Shown: in pieces, positions 49,341-60,966 of the stretch
Numbering within the stretch: the first letter of the stretch is position 1
How the letters are laid out: each line of letters starts with the position of its first letter
Virus record (IMG/VR): IMGVR_UViG_3300031787_000017
DNA from: an uncultured virus (IMG/VR IMGVR_UViG_3300031787_000017)
Lineage: Duplodnaviria; Heunggongvirae; Uroviricota; Caudoviricetes
DNA length: 64,000 nucleotides
Reading direction: 5' to 3' (one strand)
Notes under the pieces: model-generated
Told to the model about the DNA's origin: nothing
Databases searched by the model: none
What the model saw: the letters and a program-made list of their open reading frames with translations, nothing else
Program-made: the position numbers and the translations under genes

Positions 49341-52300
49341 TCACCCTAAATCATCAGCGGTTGCAAGGTCGCCGTCAGTTCCCCACCCATACCCACCAGC
49401 AAGAATAGTCGAGCCGGGAATCAGAGTGTCAGAATCAGTACAGGCGCAAGTCCAACAAGTAAATCGGTCATAGTACCCGGCAAATACTCGCGGAACAAGT
49501 GCGGTAGAACAACAAGGACAAATTGGTGTAGTCATTTTGATAACCTCTCTCAGTATGGAGTAATTATCTCATAAAACGGTGGATTTGGCAACCATTGTCT
49601 TTTTGACAACAATTATCTATTTGATACTACATTTCTCGCATAGGTGCTGGTGATATTCTAGTGCGGTTTCAAGGGTATCGGCTCGACTATGCATTTCCAC
49701 ATACCCATTCTCATTATATAAGTGGATTTCATACCCATTCCCGGTGTCTACGGTAATCGCTACTTGGGTTGAATTGTGGGATACTTTGATTATTTTCATT
49801 TCTTAGGCCATGTAACATACTGAACTATAGCAATAGATATCATAACACCTACGGCTACACCGAAAAAGAATGTCGTCCAAACTAGCGCAGTCATTCTTTC
49901 AATCCAAAATGTTTATAGATGGTCTTATCTATACGCCTCTGGTACTGCTCATCGGTAAAGGTCAGTTTAAACAAATCAGCACATTCCTTTATGATTAACT
50001 CGGCAAACTTTTCTGTGGCTTCATGAGCATTACCGATTCTACTACTGGGACCTAATAGTGCAGCCTGCTCGGCCAGTTCTCCGATTCGTTTATTCATCAT
50101 TCAGTTCTCCAGTATTGTGTACCTCTCCAAACCTCTACACTATTCAACATACTCTTAGCACGATAAATTGCACGCTCTTTGGCAGTTTCTTCAGAACTAT
50201 AATGCACAGGATATTTCGTTGTTTGATCATCAAATTTATAACACGAATCATACCTCCAGATAAACCAGTTCTTATAGTACACCTGATACTCCTTCAAATG
50301 AGCATCATATACGACTTTGGTACTCTTGTATAATCGTTTCATTCTTCAACTCCGAAATGTTTCTTAATCTCATTTGAATAATCGGCAATAGAAGCCAATA
50401 ATATCACCTGTTCCTGTTCGGAGTGTGTATTGATGTAGTGGTTTGCTAAAGTATCGCCTTGTCCAATACATTCCTCAATAATCAACTCGCCAAACCTCTC
50501 CAATATAACATCATAGTACAACTCCCCCCATTCGGTCATCTCAAAGGCTCGGTTCTTCAGTTCTTTCAATTTTTCATTCATCTATTCAGTTCCTTATACA
50601 TCCATTCATATTCTTCCAGCCGTTTTATCTCTGCGGCGGCCTCGACCAGTAAATCACGGACTTTTACATGATCCATACGTTCAGGATCGAATAACCCACC
50701 AGACAGTAAATACTCCTTGATTCTCTCAGTAACAGGATTATTCATTTTAAAGGTATCTCAAATCGATCTAGTATCGCGGAACCTATATCTTTTCTTCCCA
50801 TAGTTTCCATCAAGGCAGCAACTAAAGCACACTCCTGTATAACCAATTCGGCAAACTTTTGTACATCAAAATGTAAATGACCATCTATCAATACACCATC
50901 AATATAATGACTCCAGCACTGTTTTTCCAACTCTCGTAATCTCTCGTTCATTTTGTACTCCACTCGCAAACAATACGATTCTTTTCTATACAATGCGTGG
51001 CAGGTCGGTCAGACACCGATATTACTCTCAATTGATACGGTGAGGCACAGCCGGAAAGTAATAACACCAGTAATAACTTATTCATTTAAAATGTCGGTTT
51101 ATCTCGTTTTCCACCATGACCGCACCTGTATACGGATTCTGTATACCTGAGCTCTTTAATGTATGCTCTCGAGCCACCTTCGAACACTCGCGGACAATCA
51201 TCTCACCATAGATACGATTAAACATATCCGCAAAAATGACCTGATCGGCCTTCTCACTTTTTAACCTCTCGGTATATTGCTGGTAAGCCGTATCGTGCGC
51301 CTCATTAGCTATACGGTCATATAATGTCTCAGTATTTCGATGCTGTAAACTCATTCTTTAATCTCCTTCAACTCAAAGATATAATGACCACCACGGCGAG
51401 ACTGTACCCAATTTAAATGCCACATCATCTCGTTTCTTTGCATGGCTCGTATAATCGATTCATTACCCGACCAACCTGCGGTCGAAATATAATAACGATG
51501 AACTATTTTATCCTTATCCCAATCGTGTGGTTCATTCTTTTCATTCCAGCCAAAGTCATGATATGCCCATAGTCCTTCGATAAACTTAAACCAGCCAGGT
51601 ATATCGTCCCAATGCCACTTTTCAATAGCCTCTAATGCTCGATCAGTAGGATAACCATCTTCATCAACAAAATAAGAATCATCAAGCAAAGTCTTTAATC
51701 TGGCCTTATTCTCAGTAATTTTTCGAATGACATCCTCAGCAGTATATTCACTCATACCTCAATACCCTTTCCATAAAGAAAAAAACGAAACATGGTTTGC
51801 ACCACTTTCGGATAATTGTGCGGATTCGGCAAATCAACCGTTGTCTCTACAAACTCCTGTACTAGGCGATTCTTTTCATCAATCGGCAATTCTCTATAAA
51901 TAATCATATGTGGTTACTCCTTCTCATCGTACTTTCATCAGAGCCCCCACACAAACATAAGGGCTCAATATTTAACCTCTACAAAACAGAGGCAGAGTGT
52001 ACCGCCGATATGGAAAAGGCCATTCATTCACTCTCACTCAAAGGCACAAAAGTCAACGCATCTTGTACCTTCAAAGACTACCTTACACCCAACTCTACAT
52101 TTTAATTACAACTTTACGGTCAAGACAAAAATAACCATCGACCGTTTTCACCAGTATACCGTTCTTAGCTGTACACTCCTGGTCTTTAAAACTAAGTGGC
52201 AACATTATAATCCAACTCAGCAATAAAATCAAAACGACCGTGGTCATCATAATCACAAAAAATTTCATTCTTCAACTCCTAAATGTTTTACTGATTTTAT

Positions 52301-53027
52301 CAGCACAATAATGACCATCCATTCCTTTATCACCTAGTTCTTCACATATACCTAAGCATTCATTAATAATCAACTCAGCAAACTTTTCCAACTCACCATC
52401 ATATTGTGACGACCAATCAACGATAGCACCTTCTGGCTTCCATGGCTCATCTTCCCATAGTAGGAAACCCGACTTTTCGGCCAATAGTTTAAACTTTTCA
52501 TTCATGATCTAAATTACTCCACTTTTTTAACTTTTCACGTTTTTTCTTTATATGTACGGTCAACTCACCTTCATTTAAAATTCTTTTCTCAATACAGAGT
52601 TCAATCATACACAATAAATCACCAATTTCCTTGTGTAGTAAATCATCATTATATTCACTAGTCAAAGGATTATAACCTCTTAGGCCGTAACGATGAATCT
52701 TCGAAATGATTTGCGAAACTTCGGCACATTCTTCCTGCAATATAACTAGCAGTTCATCACAATTTAATCGACTCATGGTAAATTGTAATCTCTACTGTAT
52801 TGACTTGTAATCGACCAATGAGCATCTGGTCCCTTATATTTTATATCACTCGGCACTTCATAACCAAATCGTTTAAGGATATTTTTCTTATCGGCCTGAC
52901 TACCACAACAAGCAATACATTCTTTGATAATCAAATCAGATATCATTTCAATCCTCGACTGGCAATCAGCATCAATATATTTGTGTATGCCATACTTCTG
53001 CATCAATTCTTTTATTTGATCATTCAT
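49341..53027 (-). other. Small early genes including six KFAELIxxEC-family paralogs and a MazG-like gene (52498-52776)
   Basis: Repeated MNE..EL..KFAELIIxEC..IKKHFG pattern; EECAEV..EIGDLL in 52498-52776. Confidence 0.65.
51908..52105 (+). CDS. Small exported two-Cys protein under a late promoter
   Basis: TATAAATA at 51895-51902; hydrophobic N-terminus; paralog of 54433-54615. Confidence 0.6.
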   Translation: MWLLLLIVLSSEPPHKHKGSIFNLYKTEAECTADMEKAIHSLSLKGTKVNASCTFKDYLTPNSTF

Positions 53028-53388
53028 GTTTCATACTCTCTCTTATTTTAGTGGCAGATATAGATTCTGTATTTTCATCAAAATGTTCTCGCTCAATGAC
53101 ATAACCCACATCCCGACCATAAGTAATGTTTACAATATTCGGCACAATGAGTATCTCATACATTCCTTTATATTCATCATCTAAATCATCACGAATGAAT
53201 TTTATCACTTGTTTTATATCGAAAGGATTGTTATTTTGCCATCCTTGACAATCACGAATCATAATACACACTTGTCCGGTTTTTTGTATAGCACGTTCGA
53301 ATAATGATCTGTGACCAGCATGCCATGGTTGCCATCGACCTAACATTTGAACAGTAGGTTTCTGCCAATCAAATACTTTTTTGGACAT
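53020..53388 (-). CDS. HxGH nucleotidyltransferase (cytidyltransferase-like)
   Basis: GRWQPWHAGH, YGRDVGY, ISATKIR; start moved to MSKK. Confidence 0.75.
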   Translation of the reverse strand: MSKKVFDWQKPTVQMLGRWQPWHAGHRSLFERAIQKTGQVCIMIRDCQGWQNNNPFDIKQVIKFIRDDLDDEYKGMYEILIVPNIVNITYGRDVGYVIEREHFDENTESISATKIRESMKHE

Positions 53389-54019
53389 CTCTACCCCATG
53401 AAATTTTATTCCACACTCTTTCGTGAAAATAATATAAAATAATTTTAGTAAAAAATTCCACACTAGCAATACTCATTGCTATCTTAGGTTCACCTGTCAA
53501 TAAAAGACTTACGATGAATGTATCTAAAGTACCTGTTACTCGCCAAGTAATGGCTTTAGTTAAACTTCTATACTGTTTTTCTTCAGACTCATAAAAATTA
53601 GATTCTAGTTTATCTGATATTACAGAAGCCCACCTTTTAGCCGATTTAGCCATAATTCTATAATCATATTTTTCTGGACTTACGAATATTTTATTCGTAT
53701 CTTCAAATCGACTCTCATCAATTGTGTCTAACCATATGGTCATATCAGCAGAAAAAACTTCTCGCATTTTAGGTAGTGGAGCAACAAAATCGCAGATAAC
53801 AAAATTAGCTGAAGATTTTTCTGATAGTTCTTTCATTCTAGAGCTTTGCCTGATTCTACCTTCTTCAGAAAAATCCCAATCATTAAATCGTTCTCTTATT
53901 TCATCAGCATTAAACCACTCAACTGAAAATCCTTTTTTATGTAATTGCTCCTGCAATTCATTGGCTAAATAAGTTTTACCTGAGCCAGGCAATCCCATAA
54001 TTAAAATTCTAAAACTCAT
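53369..54019 (-). CDS. Adenylylsulfate kinase-like protein with C-terminal DUF2061-type membrane domain
   Basis: GLPGSGKT, NADEIR, DFSEEGRIRQ; RSLTKAITWR..LYYFHERVW. Confidence 0.75.
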   Translation of the reverse strand: MSFRILIMGLPGSGKTYLANELQEQLHKKGFSVEWFNADEIRERFNDWDFSEEGRIRQSSRMKELSEKSSANFVICDFVAPLPKMREVFSADMTIWLDTIDESRFEDTNKIFVSPEKYDYRIMAKSAKRWASVISDKLESNFYESEEKQYRSLTKAITWRVTGTLDTFIVSLLLTGEPKIAMSIASVEFFTKIILYYFHERVWNKISWGRDVQKSI

Positions 54020-57000
54020 TCATCTTCTTTTATACCAAAATGTTTTTTGATTAAATCAAATGCTTGACCGCGAGATATCATATCACGAAGCTCAGGATGC
54101 AAAGCCTTACGACATTCTTCAATTATCATCTCAGTGTATTCTTCCATGAATTTTGTATCACTCATTTTTTCTCCCATTTTATACCCATCATTTTATAAAG
54201 CATCTTACGATAGAATGGTGGTTCATCTTTTGTTTTAATTACTGTAGTATCTACATCAATCGATAAATTGCTAGCAACGAAGGTAGTGTTAGTATGATTT
54301 ATATTTTGTATAGTATAATTCGAATGTAATTTTAATGGTGAAAGTTTTGATGATTCGCAACCTGTATAATCGAGGTCAAGAGGAATTTGTTCTGTTAGTG
54401 GCCAAAAAAACTTTATTTCTAATTGCTGCATATTATCTCCTAGCACTAGGTACACAATTTGCTGTTACTCTATATTTGTCAGACTCCCAGGCCTTTTTTA
54501 CATAATCCCGTACTTGATGACATTCTTCAATACTTTGAGTAGGTAAAGTTATTGATCCTTTTGATGGAGGTACATTCGGTGAAATGGCGTGCAACATGAT
54601 AACTAGAGTCCACATTATTTACTCTCAATCAATACTTTTTAAAAATCCTACAACTTCGAGATAAGGCATATCAACAACAACTGATTGTCCATCTGTTGTA
54701 AAAATCCATGATCGATGCGAATCACCATGTTCTTCAACTCTAACAATTTGATTACACACAATTGATACCGAACGACCGATTGTGGTAGTGGTTAAAACTT
54801 TCATAATATTTTCCTCAATTCTTTTATTTAAATAGTGTATTCAAAACAAATGCACCAAACATGGCGCTCATAAACAAATAAAGATAGGCAGAAACTTTTT
54901 TACCCTCATTATAATTTTCACTTGACCAGTGCCAAAATAACCAAGAAAAAAAAGTATCAACAAAAAGACTAAGAATTCCCATTCTCTTTTGCTTTCTTCA
55001 TTAAATCAATTAAAGATAATAAGTCATTTACTGGAATTTTCTCAGAACCAAAGTAATCAGAATCAATTATAGGTTCTGGCTTTTCTTGAGGCTTTAAGTA
55101 AATGACATTATTTGCGTTCATTGTAGTATTTTAGGTGTTGTGATTCTTTCTTTTTTTATTGTTCCTAGAAATGTATAAAAATCAGATTCATTATCGGTTT
55201 CCCTGTTTAGCATCATTAGTCGGGCTAACACAATACCATTAATTGCATTTACACCAAAACCCTGTTTAACTAATTCAAGCAAAAACTCGTCTAATTTTAC
55301 CGCAGCTTCGATGATCTCGTCATCGAAAATTGTATCGTCCATTGTGTTAGACCCTAAACGTAAAAAAACCGAAAATTCCTTTTAATTTAAAAGGCACTTC
55401 AATTTCAAATGAAGAATCACTCTCTTGCTCTTGTTTTTGTCGAATGTAAAAAGGCGTATCACAACCAAGTTCTTTCACCTTTTGTAAAATAGATTCTAAA
55501 TCGTCTTTATCGATTAGAATTTCTTTATTGCCGTTGTCCAAAATATCTCCTTGAATGAATGAGTTTATTGTATTATACTTCATCTAAATTTTTTTGTCAA
55601 TGTGATTGTTGTATAGGTAACACACTCATAATTAATTGCCATCCCACTTATCATACCATCTCCAAAATGCTCCTTCCATACTTTCATTTAATAACCACTC
55701 ACAACTCCAACCCATCATGCCGCCTTTCCATGTTCCTGCTTTTTTGCCTAATTCAATATCTGAATCACATGAAACGACCCTTTCAACTTTATTGAATATT
55801 GGCAACCATGTAAACCATAACCAACGCCATTCTCTTTCTTCGCCGGTGAGTGCGATAGTCGCTTTTTGATTTCTGCCATCTTTTGTATAATGATCCAATT
55901 CTACTGTTCGAGTACAACGATCTAATAAACTCTTTCGAATATTTGGATCGTGCCAGCCTTCTAGAATTTGATGCCATTGGTAATGTTTACCAATTTCTTT
56001 GCCATAATAATCCCAACGATTGCTTTCATATACACTACCATTAGGTAGCAAAAGGTCATGGCGAACAATTTGCCAACGCCACGGCATATCAATCGCTGTG
56101 TACTTATCGAGGCCTTTAAAGATAAACAAAACACCATCACTATATGAGAATCCATATTTTGGTCCCATAATTGAAGAAAAATCTCCGACACCTTTTGTTG
56201 GCCATAGTCCAATACTTGCAAAGAATTTCCAAAAACCAAATGAAATTTTTAAATATTTGTCCTCACTATTTTCTGTAGGCCATACAAAATACATATGCCA
56301 GAAATTATAATCTGACCAAGTGATTTCAAAGAAATTATTTCTCATTCTAATTCTCTCGCATAAATTTTAAAAATCAAATCAGTAACGAATTGTGGATCCA
56401 ACTCTGTAGAATTATTATCTTCAAACGGTATGATTTCAACAACATCAGCATTTACATCATACCAAGCCCAAATACAAACTTCTTCTTTTGGTCGATGAAT
56501 CAGAGCCCACGGTGTCAATTCATGCGGTGGAAATTCCTCCGTCAATGAATTTTTGTGTATGAATACCGCAAACGACATTGTGTTTGTATCATTATTTTCT
56601 AAATCATTTTCTTCATCATAACCATACCCATCAAAAATGATTTTCACACCAAATGGTGCTTCACCGGAATCGTCACCGGCCTCTAATGTGCCTTCATCCA
56701 TTGTTGCAATGAAATCTCGAATCCATTGTTCGACAATTTCACTATATTCTCGTTCATCGTCATAGTAAATCATAGTATTTTTCCTTCTTTTCGGAGTTTT
56801 CCTACTAAATGATTGGGTATCGAAACAAGTCTGGCACGATATATTTTACTCATTTCATTCATATCGTCCTGTGCAGTAAATTCAATATGATTTGATTTCA
56901 TCAGTTCATCTAATAATTTTCCAATCAACCTTTCTTTGATCAATTCCTTGTATTCATTCTCATCTTTTATTGAGAATAAAAGAAATTCACTCTGGCTGAC

Positions 57001-57322
57001 ACTCATTTGAGCCCAAATGGTTGACAGAGAATTCATCACTTCATCATTTAATGTCATCTTGTGTCATCTTTCTTTCATATCGTTCAGCGTCAAGTCTTTT
57101 CCATTCTTGTTCTCTTTCCAACATTTCTTCATCCCATTTCATTTGATTTAAAACTACTTTGTAAATGGCATGTATAAGAATACCAAGTAAAACGATACCA
57201 AACATAGGAAGAATCCAATTTGTTGGAATGTTCATCATAATAAAGGTTAGAAATAATATCAGCATGAAGAAAGACAGTATGATGAGAGCTGTCTTAATTG
57301 CTGCTTTCTTGTGTATTTTCAT
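54016..57322 (-). other. Small hypothetical genes (54016-54164, 54162-54431, 54433-54615, 55118-55342, 55347-55583, 55632-56345, 56342-56773, 56770-57057, 57044-57322)
   Basis: Co-oriented abutting ORFs. Confidence 0.6.
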
Positions 57323-58034
57323 TTTTTGTAAAAGTAAAAATAGTAGTTAATTGATTTAAATGTGTGATTTTAACATGAAAAGCCTCGATACTCTTTTTAA
57401 ATTCTTCTGTGAATGTTTCGACGCAAAAATTTCCATTTAGTTTTTTAATTTCTATGAAGAAATCATACCCAAAAGTTTTGTAATGGTCGTTTTCTCCATG
57501 TATAAGAATTCTTTCTTCATCACTAGTTAAAAACTCGCCTCCTTCTATTGTTTTTGTTGATAAAAAATCTTTTGCAAGAGGAACATGAAATATCATACGT
57601 CCCTTAGGTTTAAGTATTCTAACAAGTTCAGTTAAATGATCGACATATTTTCCCGGAATATGTTCTAAAACACTAGAATGTATGATAAGGTCGAAGTAAT
57701 TGTCGGAAAATATTCTAATATCGTCCGGTAGTTTTAATCTAAGGAAAGGTATGGGTAAGTTTTCATTATAGTTTTCGTAGTATTTTGATTTATAGTCAGA
57801 TAAGTAATATCCTGATCCAATTATTGAAAATAAATTATTTACTATTCCTGGATCAGGAGAAATATGTAAAACTCTTATATTTTCGAATGTGGTTTTTTTG
57901 TTTAAATATCCATACTTTTCTAATGTGGAATAAAGCAATCTATGCCTAGACTCGCTTCCACAATTTTCACACATTTTTTGTTGAAATTTTTTCTCACCAC
58001 AAATATTACATGACGATTCATTCTTTATACTCAC
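57294..58034 (-). CDS. SAM-dependent methyltransferase (type 11-like) with N-terminal Zn-ribbon
   Basis: CxxC..CxxC..SRHR; VLHISP; FDLIIHSSVLEHI..RILKPKG. Confidence 0.75.
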   Translation of the reverse strand: MSIKNESSCNICGEKKFQQKMCENCGSESRHRLLYSTLEKYGYLNKKTTFENIRVLHISPDPGIVNNLFSIIGSGYYLSDYKSKYYENYNENLPIPFLRLKLPDDIRIFSDNYFDLIIHSSVLEHIPGKYVDHLTELVRILKPKGRMIFHVPLAKDFLSTKTIEGGEFLTSDEERILIHGENDHYKTFGYDFFIEIKKLNGNFCVETFTEEFKKSIEAFHVKITHLNQLTTIFTFTKNENTQESSN

Positions 58035-58278
58035 TATTTACCCTTTCACCGTCAATACAGACTTCGCCTTTAAAAACATAAACATTTGAATCAACACGTA
58101 TTTGTTCAAATACTTGATTGTTTACGCATTTATAGGGATCTTTGTAATTCGAAAAATAATAGTATGCACCATAACCAATGCCTGCTAATACAAGCAGTAT
58201 AGGAATTATTTTAATATACTTTGATAACTCTGGCAAGGCCGAGAGTATTTGTGGTAGAAATTTAAGTAAATCTTTCAT
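58018..58278 (-). CDS. Small membrane protein
   Basis: TM helix plus two Cys. Confidence 0.55.
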   Translation of the reverse strand: MKDLLKFLPQILSALPELSKYIKIIPILLVLAGIGYGAYYYFSNYKDPYKCVNNQVFEQIRVDSNVYVFKGEVCIDGERVNSEYKE

Positions 58279-58682
58279 TGGTAATTTGCTACAAAAGATT
58301 CATAAAGGTTTAAACCGTAGAGTTCTGCTTCAATTTCCCAAGGTTTGTTTTCGTAGGTGATATTTTGAGAAACTTTTTTGCCTCGCCATCTTGTCATCGA
58401 TTCATTTAAATATCCTAACGAATATTGTTTTACGTGAACCATTTCATGTGCCAAGGTTTTTAGTTTATCATCTGTACTCAAACAACGATCTATTTCAATG
58501 ATAAAAGAATCTGGTTTGCCTTTAAGGTTGTAATTATCTATATAGACTAGACCGAAAACGTCTAAATTTTTATATTTTACCGTAATTTCTAATTGATAGA
58601 TTCTTGCAGGCGTGAATAGTAACTCGGCAAAATGGTTAATTGCCAAGAGATGCGTTTTCGGTATTTTTCCATTGATAATCAT
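58275..58682 (-). CDS. Zn metallopeptidase-like protein
   Basis: TLAHEMVHVKQ..PWEIEA (HExxH). Confidence 0.75.
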   Translation of the reverse strand: MIINGKIPKTHLLAINHFAELLFTPARIYQLEITVKYKNLDVFGLVYIDNYNLKGKPDSFIIEIDRCLSTDDKLKTLAHEMVHVKQYSLGYLNESMTRWRGKKVSQNITYENKPWEIEAELYGLNLYESFVANYQ

Positions 58683-58718
58683 ACGTCATTGTAACACGGA
58701 AAAAGGTATTTGTCAAGC

Positions 58719-59654
58719 TCACCACTTTTCTGCCCGAGCCCATGATGAATCGTAATCTAGATTATAATCGGTTACGTCAGGAATGTCAACAGCAAAATCA
58801 TCTACCGAAATTTCTCTCCAATCTTCACCTTTGTTCATTGCCGTGACCATGCGGCGAGATTTTTCTTGGGTAGCAATACCTTCAGGTGTTTGGTGATATT
58901 CAATAAGTTTTTTGCGGCGAACTTTTTTATCTTCTTCGGTATGCTCACGAACATTGCCGCAAGACCTTGAGCAATATGGACCACGTTTTGTGTGGGTGGT
59001 GCCGCAGCGAGGACAAGATTTTTCTTTTGCCATAAAAATACCCAGACTATGCTGGGTTCTCGTTGCCTTGTAATAATATACTAGGATTTTTTTCGCAAAG
59101 AAAGTTTATATACTTAACTGCTTCATTTTCGTTATCGAAATAACGAATGATAGTTTGGCATGTGTAAGCAGAAACAAAAATGAGTAGTACTTGTTCATCC
59201 TTTAAAAAGGAGAATTTAATGTACCACCCATTTCGTTCTACTGGTGACCAAAATTTTAAATCACTTTTTATTTGATTGTACCTTACCTGGCTCAAAGTCA
59301 ATGGCTTCTTTTGCATAGTTCCCTAATCCTACTACAAATTTTTCAGACTCTTTGGTATATGTAGTAAAAAAGGAATATGTAGCATTGTCGAAAGCTTTGA
59401 TATAAGCTTTGTAGCCATCAACTTTCAAATCAACGAAAGCTTTCATAAAATCTTTTTGACGCTCTGCGACTTCATTGAAAGTTGGTACTGTTGGGAATGT
59501 ATAAAACATATTAGTTTCTCCTGTAATTTGAATAATATTGAATCCAATGTTCTACATCAGCGGTAGACTTTGGATTTTTTGACTCAATAAATAGTTCTAT
59601 CTCCGATTTATGATCCGGTGCTAGAAAATTGATTATTTTTTGTAGATAACTCAT
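58719..59654 (-). other. Small hypothetical genes (58719-59033, 59047-59316, 59261-59509, 59511-59654)
   Basis: ORF track plus manual 47-aa ORF MSYLQKIINFLAPDHKSEIELFIESKNP... Confidence 0.55.
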
Positions 59655-59756
59655 AAAAACTCCTATACAAGTATATATCCAATTTTATGTTGTGCTGCAA
59701 TATAAAATAGGGTAATTGTGAGTTTGACTAAATAGTGTATCAATCAAGAGGTATTC

Positions 59757-60401
59757 ATGGCCAATACAAGAGTAAAATCATTTAATTTAGCAAATACCGA
59801 AGTTACACCAGGTTCTTATGGTAATACATCGGGTTTATCTCCGTCATTAACAGTTGATGCTCAAGGTAGATTAACTTCATGTGTTAATAAAACAGATTTC
59901 TTATTATATCGATTAAATTCACCTGTAGTTGGTTCAAATGCTACCGGAAATCAAAGTGTTTTTGGAGCTTCTGCTACAGTAGAATCAAATACTCAATATG
60001 AAATTGAAGCCCTTTACGCATTTTCTAAATCAGCCGGTGTAACATCACATAACTTTTTAATTGGATTTGGTGGAACATCAACTTTTAATAATATAAACTA
60101 TTCAAGTATAATTAAATATAATACTGCCAGTTTTACTCAAGGTATAACTACAGATAGTATTCAATCATTCATTTCTGTTAACACTCAAACAGCAATTTTA
60201 AGTGGTTTAACTAGTGCTGCGGGATTTATTGTAATTCAAATTCGTGGAAGTTTTAGTATAAATTCAGGAGGAACTTTTATTCCACTATATTTATTAAGTG
60301 CAGCACCTGGTGGTGCTTATACAACTTCAATAGGAAGTTATTGCAAATTAACCAAACTCGGAAGTTCAGGTTCAAATATTTCTATTGGCACATGGGCTTA
60401 A
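59757..60401 (+). CDS. Virion/tail-fibre-associated protein
   Basis: VTPGSYG..LTVDAQGRLT fibre motif; CTAAATA late-promoter variant upstream. Confidence 0.6.
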   Translation: MANTRVKSFNLANTEVTPGSYGNTSGLSPSLTVDAQGRLTSCVNKTDFLLYRLNSPVVGSNATGNQSVFGASATVESNTQYEIEALYAFSKSAGVTSHNFLIGFGGTSTFNNINYSSIIKYNTASFTQGITTDSIQSFISVNTQTAILSGLTSAAGFIVIQIRGSFSINSGGTFIPLYLLSAAPGGAYTTSIGSYCKLTKLGSSGSNISIGTWA

Positions 60402-60481
60402 TTTAAAAATAACAGTTACAACATTAGGTTCAGATACGATTTACACATTCACAGGTTCAGGTTCAATTACTTTCTAAACAT

Positions 60482-60634
60482 ATGACGATTACAAAACTAT
60501 CAACTGGTCTTATTAAACCAGGTACAATTAAAACAGTAGACTTAAATACTGAAGTTACTGCGAACATTAATTACGCAATGGCTACAGCAAATACAGCAGC
60601 ACAATTTCATCCATTCGTACTTTCGGGAATGTAA
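60482..60634 (+). CDS. Small structural protein (50 aa), N-terminus similar to the gene at 63660
   Basis: MTITKLSTGLIKPGTIKTVDL.. versus MPLTQLTDGLIQPGTIQQSDL. Confidence 0.55.
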   Translation: MTITKLSTGLIKPGTIKTVDLNTEVTANINYAMATANTAAQFHPFVLSGM

Positions 60635-60636
60635 AA

Positions 60637-60966
60637 ATGCCAACAACATATAAAGTTTTAGGACAATCAGCACCATCAGCCACAACTGATACGACATTAT
60701 ATACTGTACCTGCATCTACTCAAGCAGTAGCATCATCAATCTCAGTATGTAATCGTTCATCAACTGGTGGTACATTTAGAATTGCTATACGTCCTGCCGG
60801 TGAAACCATTGCAAACAAACATTACATAGCATATGATACTGCCGTACCAGGAAATGATTCGATTCATTTAACGATGGGTATGACATTAGGTAATACCGAT
60901 GTAATCACTGTGTATGCAAATAATACCAGTTTAAGTTTCAATCTATTTGGTACGGAGTTGACCTAA
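60637..60966 (+). CDS. Virion structural protein
   Basis: YKVLGQSAP..TTLYTVP..SFNLFGTE family. Confidence 0.65.
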   Translation: MPTTYKVLGQSAPSATTDTTLYTVPASTQAVASSISVCNRSSTGGTFRIAIRPAGETIANKHYIAYDTAVPGNDSIHLTMGMTLGNTDVITVYANNTSLSFNLFGTELT

